A stretch of 64,000 nucleotides of DNA, taken from IMG/VR virus record IMGVR_UViG_3300029258_003649; one strand, given 5' to 3'. This document shows positions 30,456 through 39,872 of this stretch, piece after piece. The position numbers were made by a program, and so were the translations under genes. This DNA comes from an uncultured virus (IMG/VR IMGVR_UViG_3300029258_003649). Its lineage: Duplodnaviria; Heunggongvirae; Uroviricota; Caudoviricetes. The first letter of the stretch is position 1, and every line of letters starts with the position of its first letter. Below the pieces are notes generated by a model, which worked only from the letters and a program-made list of their open reading frames with translations, searched no databases and had not been told where the DNA came from.

Positions 30456-32956
30456 TGTCCATGGGGTATCAAGCACCGGGGTTTCAGCCGCCGTACATGT
30501 CACCGTTCGGTTCGCCGAATCTGTTTCCCGGTATGAATCCGCTGATCGGTATGGGCGCGCAGTTCGGGGCGGGCATGCTAGCGCCTGGCATGCAGATGGG
30601 CCAGTTCATGCCCAACCAGAGCTTCATGAACACGCTGGAAGCTCAACAGTTCCAGCGGATGCAGATGGGGCTCTCCAGTACGATCGGTGCGAGCGGTGCC
30701 GCGGCAGACGTGCGGGGCTTGCTCGGCGGGCTCGGCATGAGCGGGATGCTGGCCGGGCACGGTACGCCTGGGTTCGCGCAGCAGAGCCAACAGATCGGCC
30801 AGATTGCTGGGCAGATCCTGCCGTTCGCAAGTATGGCGGCGCCTGGGCTGGCTGATGCCCTTGGCCCCGGCATGGGTCAGATGCAGTTCGCGCAGCAGCT
30901 GGGCGGCATGTTCCGCCCACAGATGGCTGCTCCGAACATGCCCGGTACCGGTGTCAGCATGATGGACACGCAGATGCGTGTGCAGAACCTGACCCAGAAC
31001 GTGTACCGCAGCCTGTTCCACGATGCGGCAGGCAACCAGGTCCGTCGACCGCAGGCGACACACGGTTTCGGGATCGGGCAGACTGGATCCATCATCGCCG
31101 AAGCGCAGCGTCAGGGTCTCGGCCCGGGGAACCTGCTGGAAGGCGACTTCAACCAGGACGCGCAGTCACTCAACCAGTTCGCACAGCAGATCACCTCGCC
31201 GATCAGCGCCATCCGTGACGTGTTTGGTCCGGGTCTGACGACCTCGCAGCAGTTCCAGGCGCTGAACCTGGTGACGCTGAGCGGTACGAGCCGCGAGGAG
31301 CTCGGCGATCTCGGTATGCAAGTGCGGCAGTTCAAGCAGCTGGCACGTGCTGGCTACGGTGACGACCCCGGCGCGTTCGGCAAAGCGATCGGGCTGCAGC
31401 AGATGGCGGGCCAGCGGTCGCTCGAACAGGGCGGCGACATCAGCTCTGGTGTCATCGCAGGGCAACACGCGCTGGCGATGGGTGCTGTCGCCGGGCAGCT
31501 CGGCGGGCAGGCGCTGATGGAGTCGCGTACTAGTAAGGCCCAGCTCATGCAGAAGGACGCGCTGCTGACAGCACAGGCTGCCAACAGCCCGGTTGCCGAC
31601 CAGATGGCTGCGCTCATGCGTATGGGCGAGGAAGGCATGCTCTCCGGCCAAGCCAAGGCGAAGTACGAAGAGCTGATGAAGGGCAACTATCGGTACATGG
31701 AGGAGGGCGACTTCCGCGAGATGCTCGTGAACAGCGGCGTCGACCCGAAAGTGGCGGCCATCATCCGCAACCAGCGTGAGGACAACCTCATGCGGTACGG
31801 CGACAAGGTGGCACAGTCCGCCCGGAACCAGCAGTGGGACGTGGATATTAAGCAGTCCCTGACACGGAACATCGCCAACACCCTGAGCGCCGTCGGCGGC
31901 AAGCGCGGGCTGTCTGGTCAACTGGCCATGCAGGCCGGTGCCGTCGTGTCGGATGCAATCCGAGAGAGTGCCGGCCAGTCGCGGGAGGAAGTGCAGGCAG
32001 AGGCCACCGCACGACTCAAGGAGTTGGGCTTCAGCGACAGTGATGCCCGGACGGCGTCCTCACTGGCGCTGAGCGAAGCCACTCGTACTGCCCAGCAGTT
32101 CGGCTTCTCCAGCTTCGGCGAGGCGGCGCTGCTGAACAACGAGCAGATCCTCGATCGAGTGCAGGAGCAGCAGGCCATCGCCAAGCGTAAGGCCGAAGCC
32201 GAAGCGCGTACGGCAGCGGTCGGACAAGACCAGCCGCTCGAACGCGTCGTCGACGCGATCAAGGGCGGTGACACGTCGGCCGCGACGATCATCGCCAAGC
32301 TGCTCGGCGGACTCGGCGTCGATCAGGAGAAGATCCAGGCGATCATCGGTGACATCGAGAAGAGCGAGGATAAGGAATCCAAGAAGGACACGAAGGAGAA
32401 GGTCAAGGACGAAAAGAAGAAGATCGACATGGAGCTGCGTGACGAACGCAAGAAGCTGGAAGGCCTCGAGGCTGCCATTGCCGAGGGTGAAGCTGAAGGT
32501 GTCGGCGAGCTGAAGTTCGCGCGGTCGCGCGCGGAGCGGTCGCGAAAGCGCATCGAAGAGCTGGAAGCAAAGTCTGAGGGTTTCCAGAGTGCAGAAGACA
32601 AGCGACAAGCCGACCTCCGTAAGGACGCCGAACGGATCTTCGGTAAGGAAGAAGTCGCAAAGATGGACAAGCAAGAGCGCGACGCGGCGATCGCTCGAAG
32701 CGAAGCGGCGAATCGTGAGGCTGCAGCCAAAGGCTTTTTCACCGGCGAGGGCGGTGACGACTCCACTATAAAACCTGTCTCGCAGCAGGACGATACCTCA
32801 CAGGACGGCGGGGCTGTCGGCGGCGGCGAGGCTGGTAAGGGCGTCACGCAGGTTGAAGTCGTCAACCAGGTCAACACGGTTGTCAACGACAACGAGGACG
32901 TTGACACAGGTTCTACTGAAGGTCAAAACTTGGATTCAGCAACGAACCCAGGGTAA
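30455..32956 (+). CDS. Tape measure protein (putative)
   Basis: 833 aa; helical, rich in Q/G/M/A; directly after the frameshifted chaperone pair. Confidence 0.65.
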   Translation: MSMGYQAPGFQPPYMSPFGSPNLFPGMNPLIGMGAQFGAGMLAPGMQMGQFMPNQSFMNTLEAQQFQRMQMGLSSTIGASGAAADVRGLLGGLGMSGMLAGHGTPGFAQQSQQIGQIAGQILPFASMAAPGLADALGPGMGQMQFAQQLGGMFRPQMAAPNMPGTGVSMMDTQMRVQNLTQNVYRSLFHDAAGNQVRRPQATHGFGIGQTGSIIAEAQRQGLGPGNLLEGDFNQDAQSLNQFAQQITSPISAIRDVFGPGLTTSQQFQALNLVTLSGTSREELGDLGMQVRQFKQLARAGYGDDPGAFGKAIGLQQMAGQRSLEQGGDISSGVIAGQHALAMGAVAGQLGGQALMESRTSKAQLMQKDALLTAQAANSPVADQMAALMRMGEEGMLSGQAKAKYEELMKGNYRYMEEGDFREMLVNSGVDPKVAAIIRNQREDNLMRYGDKVAQSARNQQWDVDIKQSLTRNIANTLSAVGGKRGLSGQLAMQAGAVVSDAIRESAGQSREEVQAEATARLKELGFSDSDARTASSLALSEATRTAQQFGFSSFGEAALLNNEQILDRVQEQQAIAKRKAEAEARTAAVGQDQPLERVVDAIKGGDTSAATIIAKLLGGLGVDQEKIQAIIGDIEKSEDKESKKDTKEKVKDEKKKIDMELRDERKKLEGLEAAIAEGEAEGVGELKFARSRAERSRKRIEELEAKSEGFQSAEDKRQADLRKDAERIFGKEEVAKMDKQERDAAIARSEAANREAAAKGFFTGEGGDDSTIKPVSQQDDTSQDGGAVGGGEAGKGVTQVEVVNQVNTVVNDNEDVDTGSTEGQNLDSATNPG

Positions 32957-32960
32957 TAAC

Positions 32961-33413
32961 ATGGCATACATATTTCCATCATACGTCGGCGTACCCGGCG
33001 TCGTGTCTGACCCGAAGGCCGCACCGATGCAGTTCTCGCTGGGCGGCTGGACGGGCTTCCCGGCTACGCACTGTGTGCTGACCGGAGTCGCAGGCAACAC
33101 AATGGGCAACTTCCAGTTCCTCCTGACGCTGCGGAACTTCACCTACGTCTACGTCTTCGGCGAGAAGATGGGTGACTTCGTCGTCAACGGGATGGCGCTG
33201 GCCGGAGACTGCCCAAACGCAGGACCGCACGGCATGAACAAGGCCATCGAGTACTACAACACGTACGCGATCTCGGTGACCGGCACGCCCGTCGTGGTCA
33301 ACATGGCCGGGTGGGCTGCATGGGCGTTCGTCATCGCGGCGAACTTCACCGCCAACAACCCGCGGTCCGGCATCGGGCAATTCACATTCAAACTGAAGAC
33401 CATCACGCAATGA
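32961..33413 (+). CDS. Tube-initiator-like baseplate protein (putative)
   Basis: ATG at 32961; YVYVFGEKMG tube-fold-like segment; follows the tape measure gene. Confidence 0.5.
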   Translation: MAYIFPSYVGVPGVVSDPKAAPMQFSLGGWTGFPATHCVLTGVAGNTMGNFQFLLTLRNFTYVYVFGEKMGDFVVNGMALAGDCPNAGPHGMNKAIEYYNTYAISVTGTPVVVNMAGWAAWAFVIAANFTANNPRSGIGQFTFKLKTITQ

Positions 33414-33901
33414 TAAACCACGTACGTACATTGCTGCTGAATGAACCGGCGGCCGCGCTCGACGGTCCGTACGAGGAGTACGTCCCCGAGGAGTCCCGTA
33501 CGCTCGCACTGCCACCTGTGTTGGCACGTGTCTACGGCATCCTGTTCCCGACCAGCGACAGAGCTGCCAAGAACTACCGGCTGGCACAGCTGATGGCGCT
33601 GTACCACTCGTGTCCGGACCTGGAATACTTCGTCTTGGACAAGGACAAGCGGATCAGCTACGAGCCGCGAGGGGAAGCGCTGCAGCTTCGTCGACTGGCG
33701 ACGCTCGGAGACCTCCAGGACCTGGTGTTCGCGATGAACCTGTCGCCCGACGAGATCGACGAGCTGTTTGGTTCGCCGCGTTTGTCGCCGTACGATACGT
33801 TCCACTACTTCTGGAAGGAGATGTGTTTCTTCCCGTACAAGGTCGCAGGCATCACACTGGCGCTGGCGTACCGCATGGATGAACTGAGGGAGAAAAGCTA
33901 A
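33410..33901 (+). CDS. Hypothetical tail/baseplate protein
   Basis: ATGA-coupled to the upstream gene. Confidence 0.55.
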   Translation: MINHVRTLLLNEPAAALDGPYEEYVPEESRTLALPPVLARVYGILFPTSDRAAKNYRLAQLMALYHSCPDLEYFVLDKDKRISYEPRGEALQLRRLATLGDLQDLVFAMNLSPDEIDELFGSPRLSPYDTFHYFWKEMCFFPYKVAGITLALAYRMDELREKS

Positions 33902-35556
33902 TGTCTTATGCCTCAATGCGGTTCCGCCTCTGGGCGGACATCGGCGGAACGATCGTGGAGCTGAACCAGTTTGCGTGTTCGTATGAGATGAACCGCATCC
34001 CCAGCTGCACCGCCGTCTTGCCTGTGGGGTACTATGTCTTGCCTCCCCACCCTCCGGCAACGACACACACCGTCGACAACCAGGAGATGCTGCAGATCCC
34101 GCTGAAGGTCTACATCCAGGTGACGTTCATCAGCGGCGACCAGACGGCGATCATCCCTGTGGGTACGTACCTGATCTTCTGCGGCTGGGTGACGGGCGTG
34201 GGCTACCGGAAGACGTACAGCAGCTACGCCATGACGATCGAGGGCACGCACTGGCTGTCTGCCCTCTCGTTCTCGTCGACCATGAGCGAGACGAGCAACC
34301 CATTGAACCCGACGCAGTTCATCTTCAACTCCAGAATCATCCTGGACCCGGGCGGCGGCGGGCTTGGCCATTTCAACGGCCGCACCGCAGCGCAGGCCGT
34401 GGTGACAGCCGCGAACCTCACCAATGACATGTGGGGAGACGCCTTGAAGCCGTGGTTCCTGGAGCTGGCAGCTCAGGATCGTATCAATCGGGTGCAGTTC
34501 CTGGCGCTGGGCGGCAACGTTGGCAACGACGGTAACGGTGGCGAGGCACAGGACGCACTCAACATCATCGACGGGCCACTTGAGTTCGACGACGCTGGGC
34601 TGGACGGGAACCAGGCGGCCCTCGCCATCGCCGACGACATCGCCGTGTCGACGCTGACCCCGTCGTCAGTGGGCAACACGCTGATGGCGATGGCCAATAC
34701 CACATTCTGGGACAAGATCATCGGGTCGCTGGCGCCGAACTACATGTTCGCGCTGATCCCGTACCCGACGAAGGCCAAGATCGTCCCGTTCATCCCGGGG
34801 CTGAATGAGTTCTGGGACCCGTACGGTCTCGGCTACACGATCCTGGCACGAGACATGGCCACGCAGGATATGAATGCCCACCTGCCGCGCGCCACCCGCT
34901 CGGTCGGCCTCTTCGGCGGACGTGGATTGCGGGCGGGCTCCGACGCCCGCGGCAAGCAGGGCGAGAACGTGAACCTCACGATTGGCGGACAGTACGTCGG
35001 CCGCGAGGACGGCATTGTCATCATGCGGCAGGCGCCGACCTGGGCCACGAACTACATCATCCCGTGCATCTTCTCAGCCGACTCGCAGGCGATCGGGGCC
35101 GGCAAGACTCGCGGCAACGCCTTCAACCACCCCGGCAACGGCGCGGCACCGTCGAGTCAGGATCCGAAGATCATCAAGGCGGACACGGAGACGCTGCTGA
35201 ACCGCCTCGCGCACAGCATGTACGTGACGGAGCTGCTCAAGAACCGCTACGGCGACATCTCCGGGCCGGTCCGGTTCGACATTGCGCCGGGTACGACGAT
35301 CAAGATGGAAGGCACCGCGGGAGCGTACAACGATCCGGGCGAGGCGCGGTACGGTTCCGTGGTTCGAACCAGCCACTTCTTCCAGGCGCAGCAGCAGAAG
35401 TGCTATTCTGCATTCCGCCTGGCGCATATCCGCACACAGACCGAGTTCGACAGCCCGAACTTCAGCGTGCCGCGGCATCCGCTGTACGTCAACAAGTTCA
35501 TCGGCGATTACAATCTGGAACTGGGCGCTGAATGTCCAGAAATTGGAGAAGAATAA
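33901..35556 (+). CDS. Baseplate hub protein (gp27/GpD-like, putative)
   Basis: IFCGWVTGVG and GPVRFDIAPGTTIK..YGSVVRTSH segments typical of hub proteins. Confidence 0.5.
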   Translation: MSYASMRFRLWADIGGTIVELNQFACSYEMNRIPSCTAVLPVGYYVLPPHPPATTHTVDNQEMLQIPLKVYIQVTFISGDQTAIIPVGTYLIFCGWVTGVGYRKTYSSYAMTIEGTHWLSALSFSSTMSETSNPLNPTQFIFNSRIILDPGGGGLGHFNGRTAAQAVVTAANLTNDMWGDALKPWFLELAAQDRINRVQFLALGGNVGNDGNGGEAQDALNIIDGPLEFDDAGLDGNQAALAIADDIAVSTLTPSSVGNTLMAMANTTFWDKIIGSLAPNYMFALIPYPTKAKIVPFIPGLNEFWDPYGLGYTILARDMATQDMNAHLPRATRSVGLFGGRGLRAGSDARGKQGENVNLTIGGQYVGREDGIVIMRQAPTWATNYIIPCIFSADSQAIGAGKTRGNAFNHPGNGAAPSSQDPKIIKADTETLLNRLAHSMYVTELLKNRYGDISGPVRFDIAPGTTIKMEGTAGAYNDPGEARYGSVVRTSHFFQAQQQKCYSAFRLAHIRTQTEFDSPNFSVPRHPLYVNKFIGDYNLELGAECPEIGEE

Positions 35557-36296
35557 TGCCAAAGAACCTGCTCGAACCAGAATACCAGGACGCCTACAAC
35601 AACTGGATGGCCGACCCGAGCAAAACCAACACCGGCGCCATGCTTAAGGCCGTAAACCCGGTGCTCGACTCGGCGATGCGTGCCTACGGCGGTCCGTCGG
35701 CCTCCAGTGTCACGCTGAAATCCCAGGCCAAGAAGATGGCCATCGAGGCAATGGGCACATACGACCCCAGCAAGGCCCCGCTGACATCGCACCTGATGAC
35801 GCGGCTGCAGCGTCTCCGCCGGACCGCCGCGCAGCAGCGGCAGATCGTACGGATGCCGGAGCAGGTGGCGCTCGACCAGATGCAGACGGAGGCCGCGTAC
35901 AAGGAGCTCGAGGATGACCTCGGTCGTCCGCCGTCGGACAAGGAGCTGGCGAACTTCACCGGCCTGTCGGTCAAGCGGCTTGAGTACATCCGCAGCGGCA
36001 CCCGGCCGATGGCGGCCAGCACGATCACCCAGATGACTGAGGAGGGTGGCGGCGGGTACGATCCGAGCGTCAAGCCGATGGTGGAGGACGACAGTGCGTG
36101 GCTGGAGCTGGTCTACGACGACATCGACGAGACCAACCAGTACATCATGGAGCGTGTGCTGGGGATGCATGGCCACAAGCCGCACAAGCCCAGCCAGGTC
36201 GCCAGGATGCTCAAGATCAGCCCGGCGGCAGTCAGCCACCGGATGGCGCAGATCCAGGCCAAACTCGACAAACGTGACGAGTTAGACATGATCTAG
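35556..36296 (+). CDS. RNA polymerase sigma-70 family factor (FliA/SigB-like)
   Basis: YDPSK..LTSH, IVRMPE, LEDDLGRPPSDKELA (region 3) and a C-terminal HTH, QVARMLKISPAAVS (region 4). Confidence 0.85.
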   Translation: MPKNLLEPEYQDAYNNWMADPSKTNTGAMLKAVNPVLDSAMRAYGGPSASSVTLKSQAKKMAIEAMGTYDPSKAPLTSHLMTRLQRLRRTAAQQRQIVRMPEQVALDQMQTEAAYKELEDDLGRPPSDKELANFTGLSVKRLEYIRSGTRPMAASTITQMTEEGGGGYDPSVKPMVEDDSAWLELVYDDIDETNQYIMERVLGMHGHKPHKPSQVARMLKISPAAVSHRMAQIQAKLDKRDELDMI

Positions 36297-36336
36297 GCGC
36301 TTAACTCGACAAATATTACGACTTACAGGTGATCTC

Positions 36337-36756
36337 ATGGCAACGCCCGACACCAACTTCACGCAGCTGATGGACGACATGCAGAGCTTTGCGGACAAGA
36401 CGCACAAGTATCTGACCCAGGACGGTACGCAGCGTCTGTGGATGATCCCCACCAACGCAAGCTCGCACGATCCGACCGACATCCAGTCGCTGGAGGACGG
36501 GTTCGACCGCAGCACACTGAATGCAAACTACGCTGCTGAGTACAATGGCAGCGGCGAGGACCATGTCCGGGTGGTCATGGGCACCAACATGCAGATCTGT
36601 TACATGGGTATGATGGAGCGGGCCTTCCGCGAGCGCCACCGCACCGCCTGCCGCCCGTTCTCCCACCTGGCCGGGCGCAAGAAGGCCCACGGCATTGCCG
36701 ATGGCGTCCACAAGGGCTCTGTCTGGAAGCACGTGGATGACACGTTCAAGTCGTAG
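36337..36756 (+). CDS. Hypothetical protein
   Basis: In-operon ORF with typical codon usage. Confidence 0.6.
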   Translation: MATPDTNFTQLMDDMQSFADKTHKYLTQDGTQRLWMIPTNASSHDPTDIQSLEDGFDRSTLNANYAAEYNGSGEDHVRVVMGTNMQICYMGMMERAFRERHRTACRPFSHLAGRKKAHGIADGVHKGSVWKHVDDTFKS

Positions 36757-36765
36757 GAGTGCAGG

Positions 36766-37185
36766 ATGTATGACATTGAGCTCTGGCACGTCGAGCCCGA
36801 CGGCATGGTGACCGCGGCCGGACTGACCGGCGTGCCGATCTCCGGCATCAGGAAGCTGGTACAGCGCTGGCTGATCGCTTTCCTGCAGGACCCGGACTCC
36901 AAGCTGTACAAGCATCGTCGGATCCCGTACGGCACCTACTTTATGCCGCAGCTCCGAAAGGGTATGATGCGGTCAGAGATGGACGTGGTGGGCGGCTTCG
37001 CGCTGTCCAGGGCTATGGTACGCGGCGCGTTGGAGAGCGAGCAGCGGCCGACCGATCCGCCGGACGAGCTCTACAAGGACTCGACGCTCAACAAGATCGA
37101 GCTGATGCCAGGACAAATGCATCTGCACATCACCATCGAGAGTCACGTGGACCAGATGGATATCGTCTTACCGATTGCAGTATAA
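36766..37185 (+). CDS. Baseplate wedge protein (gp25-like)
   Basis: ISGIRKLVQRWLIAFL..PxS..YGT motif; precedes the J-like gene. Confidence 0.6.
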   Translation: MYDIELWHVEPDGMVTAAGLTGVPISGIRKLVQRWLIAFLQDPDSKLYKHRRIPYGTYFMPQLRKGMMRSEMDVVGGFALSRAMVRGALESEQRPTDPPDELYKDSTLNKIELMPGQMHLHITIESHVDQMDIVLPIAV

Positions 37186-37195
37186 AGGAAGCACA

Positions 37196-38725
37196 ATGGA
37201 ACTCCCGCATCTGAACGATCTCCCGCCGGAGACCGTCGACAAAGCGCGTGAATTCGCCCAACAGTTCCTCCAGGAGCGCTATCCGGACATGGAGCTGGAC
37301 CGGGGCATGCTCGGAGAGCTGGTGACCGGTATGCATGCCGTTATGCATGCTGCGAATCTGGAGATGATCGAGCGGTTCCGCCGATCGCTGAGCCTGGCGC
37401 TGGTCGAAGAGGACCCCTCCCGCACCTACCGGGAGGTCACCGACGGATGGTTGAACAGCTTCGGCATCCAGCGGGACCCGGCCGGCTTCGCTTCTGGCCG
37501 CGTGCTGGTAGTCTTCGACCGCCCAGACCGGCAGATCTTCTCCAAAGACAACCGCTGGATCAGCGGCGGCAACCACTTCGAAGTGGACGTGCACACAGAG
37601 GTCGAACCGGTGCCTGTCGACAACAACCGCTGGATCTACGACATCAACGTCCACGCAATGCACCCAGGCCCGGGCAGCAAGCTGCGCGCCAACACCAAGC
37701 TGGCCCCGCTGCATCCGCCGACCGGCTTCGTCGAGGCGTGGGCGATCGAGGACTTCGAGGGCGGTGAGTCGGCAGCGAGCACTGCTGACCTGGCCCAGCA
37801 GCTGAAAACCCGTGCGGCCCCGCCTGGGTTCGCTAACCGCCAGACAATTACATCGCTAATCCGCGGCATCAACCACGACTGCAGCACGGTAGAGGATGTG
37901 TCCGTGGTCGGCGCCAACGACAAGGAGATGACCAGGGACGGCGGGCACGGCGGGAAGATTGACATCTACGTCAGGTCGGCCAAATACCCTGTGGTGCGGC
38001 ACCTGCTGAAGACAGCGAAGGAGATCGGGCCGGACAACCTCTACGCCATCAACATCGACGCGTCGGACGCCCCGGGCTACTACCGCATCCAGAACTTGCG
38101 GCAGCTCAGCCAAGGCCTGCAGGAGCCCCACATCCCAATCCGCAAAGACATACGCCTCATCGACGAGCACGCAGGCGGGCGGAACGGCACGACCGTTCTG
38201 GCTACCAGGGACGCCGTCTACACGTGCTACCAGCGTGGGCAGATCAAGTTCAAGGACCCCAACCCGCCGGAGGATCTGCAGTACACCTGCCAGGCGCTGA
38301 TGATGCCGTGGCTTGACCAGATCCAGAGACACATCGACCACCCGGATATCCGGCCGCCGGCTGCCGACGTGCTGATCCGCGCGCCGATACCGTGCTTCGT
38401 CACCGTCTACATCAGCCTGTACAAGACGCACGACGTCGTCACGGATCACTTGGAGATCGCTCTCAAGTCTGAGGTCGCCAACCTCGTGAATTCGCAGGGC
38501 ATTAGTGGTAAGCTATTTGTGAACGACATCGTGGCCAAGCTCGGCCCAATGCTGCCACCCAACGTGAAGCTCGAGGACGTCTCCGTGGATGGAGTTGTGA
38601 AGCACTTGGACGGAGACGACGACACCCTCGTTGACGTGTCTGACATCCTGACGGCCACGCGAAACGACAAGACGATCGCCATGTTTTGCGAGCCAGAGTC
38701 AGTCCGAATCGACTACTACCGTTAG
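37196..38725 (+). CDS. Baseplate J-like wedge protein
   Basis: FASGRV, FEGGES, VSVVGANDKEMTRD and GGKIDIYV motifs. Confidence 0.7.
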   Translation: MELPHLNDLPPETVDKAREFAQQFLQERYPDMELDRGMLGELVTGMHAVMHAANLEMIERFRRSLSLALVEEDPSRTYREVTDGWLNSFGIQRDPAGFASGRVLVVFDRPDRQIFSKDNRWISGGNHFEVDVHTEVEPVPVDNNRWIYDINVHAMHPGPGSKLRANTKLAPLHPPTGFVEAWAIEDFEGGESAASTADLAQQLKTRAAPPGFANRQTITSLIRGINHDCSTVEDVSVVGANDKEMTRDGGHGGKIDIYVRSAKYPVVRHLLKTAKEIGPDNLYAINIDASDAPGYYRIQNLRQLSQGLQEPHIPIRKDIRLIDEHAGGRNGTTVLATRDAVYTCYQRGQIKFKDPNPPEDLQYTCQALMMPWLDQIQRHIDHPDIRPPAADVLIRAPIPCFVTVYISLYKTHDVVTDHLEIALKSEVANLVNSQGISGKLFVNDIVAKLGPMLPPNVKLEDVSVDGVVKHLDGDDDTLVDVSDILTATRNDKTIAMFCEPESVRIDYYR

Positions 38726-38888
38726 CGCGAGATAGTTAAAGACTTTTATGAATAACTGCCCACTTACATAAGCGGCCCCTCGGACGTTACCCCCATACCC
38801 CTGTACGTACAAATGCCGTACACGCAACTCAAAGCAGGCCAACGACTTAGAATTTTGTGTAACGCAAAGGGGGTGTAGTGTATATCCT

Positions 38889-39872
38889 ATGAGCACTTAC
38901 ATAAGCCCGAGCGGTGCCCCACACAACCCCCGTATTTTTCACGACCCAAGCACAATTCTTGGTGTCCTAGGCTCTTTGTGGACAAAGACTTACGGCGACG
39001 GCTTAGTCGTTGAGAATATGGCGCAGACAGTTTTGCAAAATTTTACGCAAGAGTACCTGAATCTCTGCGAGACGGCAGCTTGTGTGTCACGATTCGACAT
39101 TCCGCTGTACCACACTGAGAACTGGGCGCTGCTCGAACTACACCGCAGCGGGGTGCGCAACGATAGTCTAGGGTGCGCAACGCTAAAACTTCCTGGGCCG
39201 GTCGACGTGCGGTTGCTGATGAACAGGATCATAGAACCTAGCGTAGTACTTTGTCCGGGCACTGACTTTTATGTGGAGAAAGGGTACATCACCTTCCGCA
39301 AGAACCCTTTCGACAACCCGCTGATCCCCCAAGATGGGGACGGCACCCTCGCGCTGTGGGGCTTCCGCGCAGAATACGACTACGAATATCTCTACAACCA
39401 CTTCGGTTACCTGCTGGGATTGCGTATGTCGACCAGCCAAGAGTACAAAGATACTATCAATGCCATCATGGATGCGCTGTCCGAAGGGCTCACACTGACC
39501 AAGCTCAATGCCATCCTGGCCATCATGACGGGCACCCCATTGGTAAAGGAGCCCAAGGAGATCGTTCAGAGCCTCTCAGAGGACCGTAGAGGGCCGTTCG
39601 TGGTCACGGACCACAATGTCTACCGTTTGCCGCCGAGGGCCGCGTACGGGCTCCACAGAGGCTCTGAGCTGCTGTGCGGCCAACAGCTGGTCCCCGAGTA
39701 CCGCGTCTACGAGCCTGGCCGCGGCGACGACATTAGCGAGTTTACCCAACTTACCTTGCCCAGTACTAGCAACGCTATCGTGATAATGACGCGGCACGCC
39801 GACATCGATCTGGACCTGCTCCGGCAGATCCTGCCGCCGGAGCTGTCGGTACACGCCGTCAAGGGGCCGTAA
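38889..39872 (+). CDS. Baseplate wedge protein (P2 I-like, putative)
   Basis: LYNHFGYLLG..EYKDTINAI motif; follows the J-like gene. Confidence 0.55.
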   Translation: MSTYISPSGAPHNPRIFHDPSTILGVLGSLWTKTYGDGLVVENMAQTVLQNFTQEYLNLCETAACVSRFDIPLYHTENWALLELHRSGVRNDSLGCATLKLPGPVDVRLLMNRIIEPSVVLCPGTDFYVEKGYITFRKNPFDNPLIPQDGDGTLALWGFRAEYDYEYLYNHFGYLLGLRMSTSQEYKDTINAIMDALSEGLTLTKLNAILAIMTGTPLVKEPKEIVQSLSEDRRGPFVVTDHNVYRLPPRAAYGLHRGSELLCGQQLVPEYRVYEPGRGDDISEFTQLTLPSTSNAIVIMTRHADIDLDLLRQILPPELSVHAVKGP

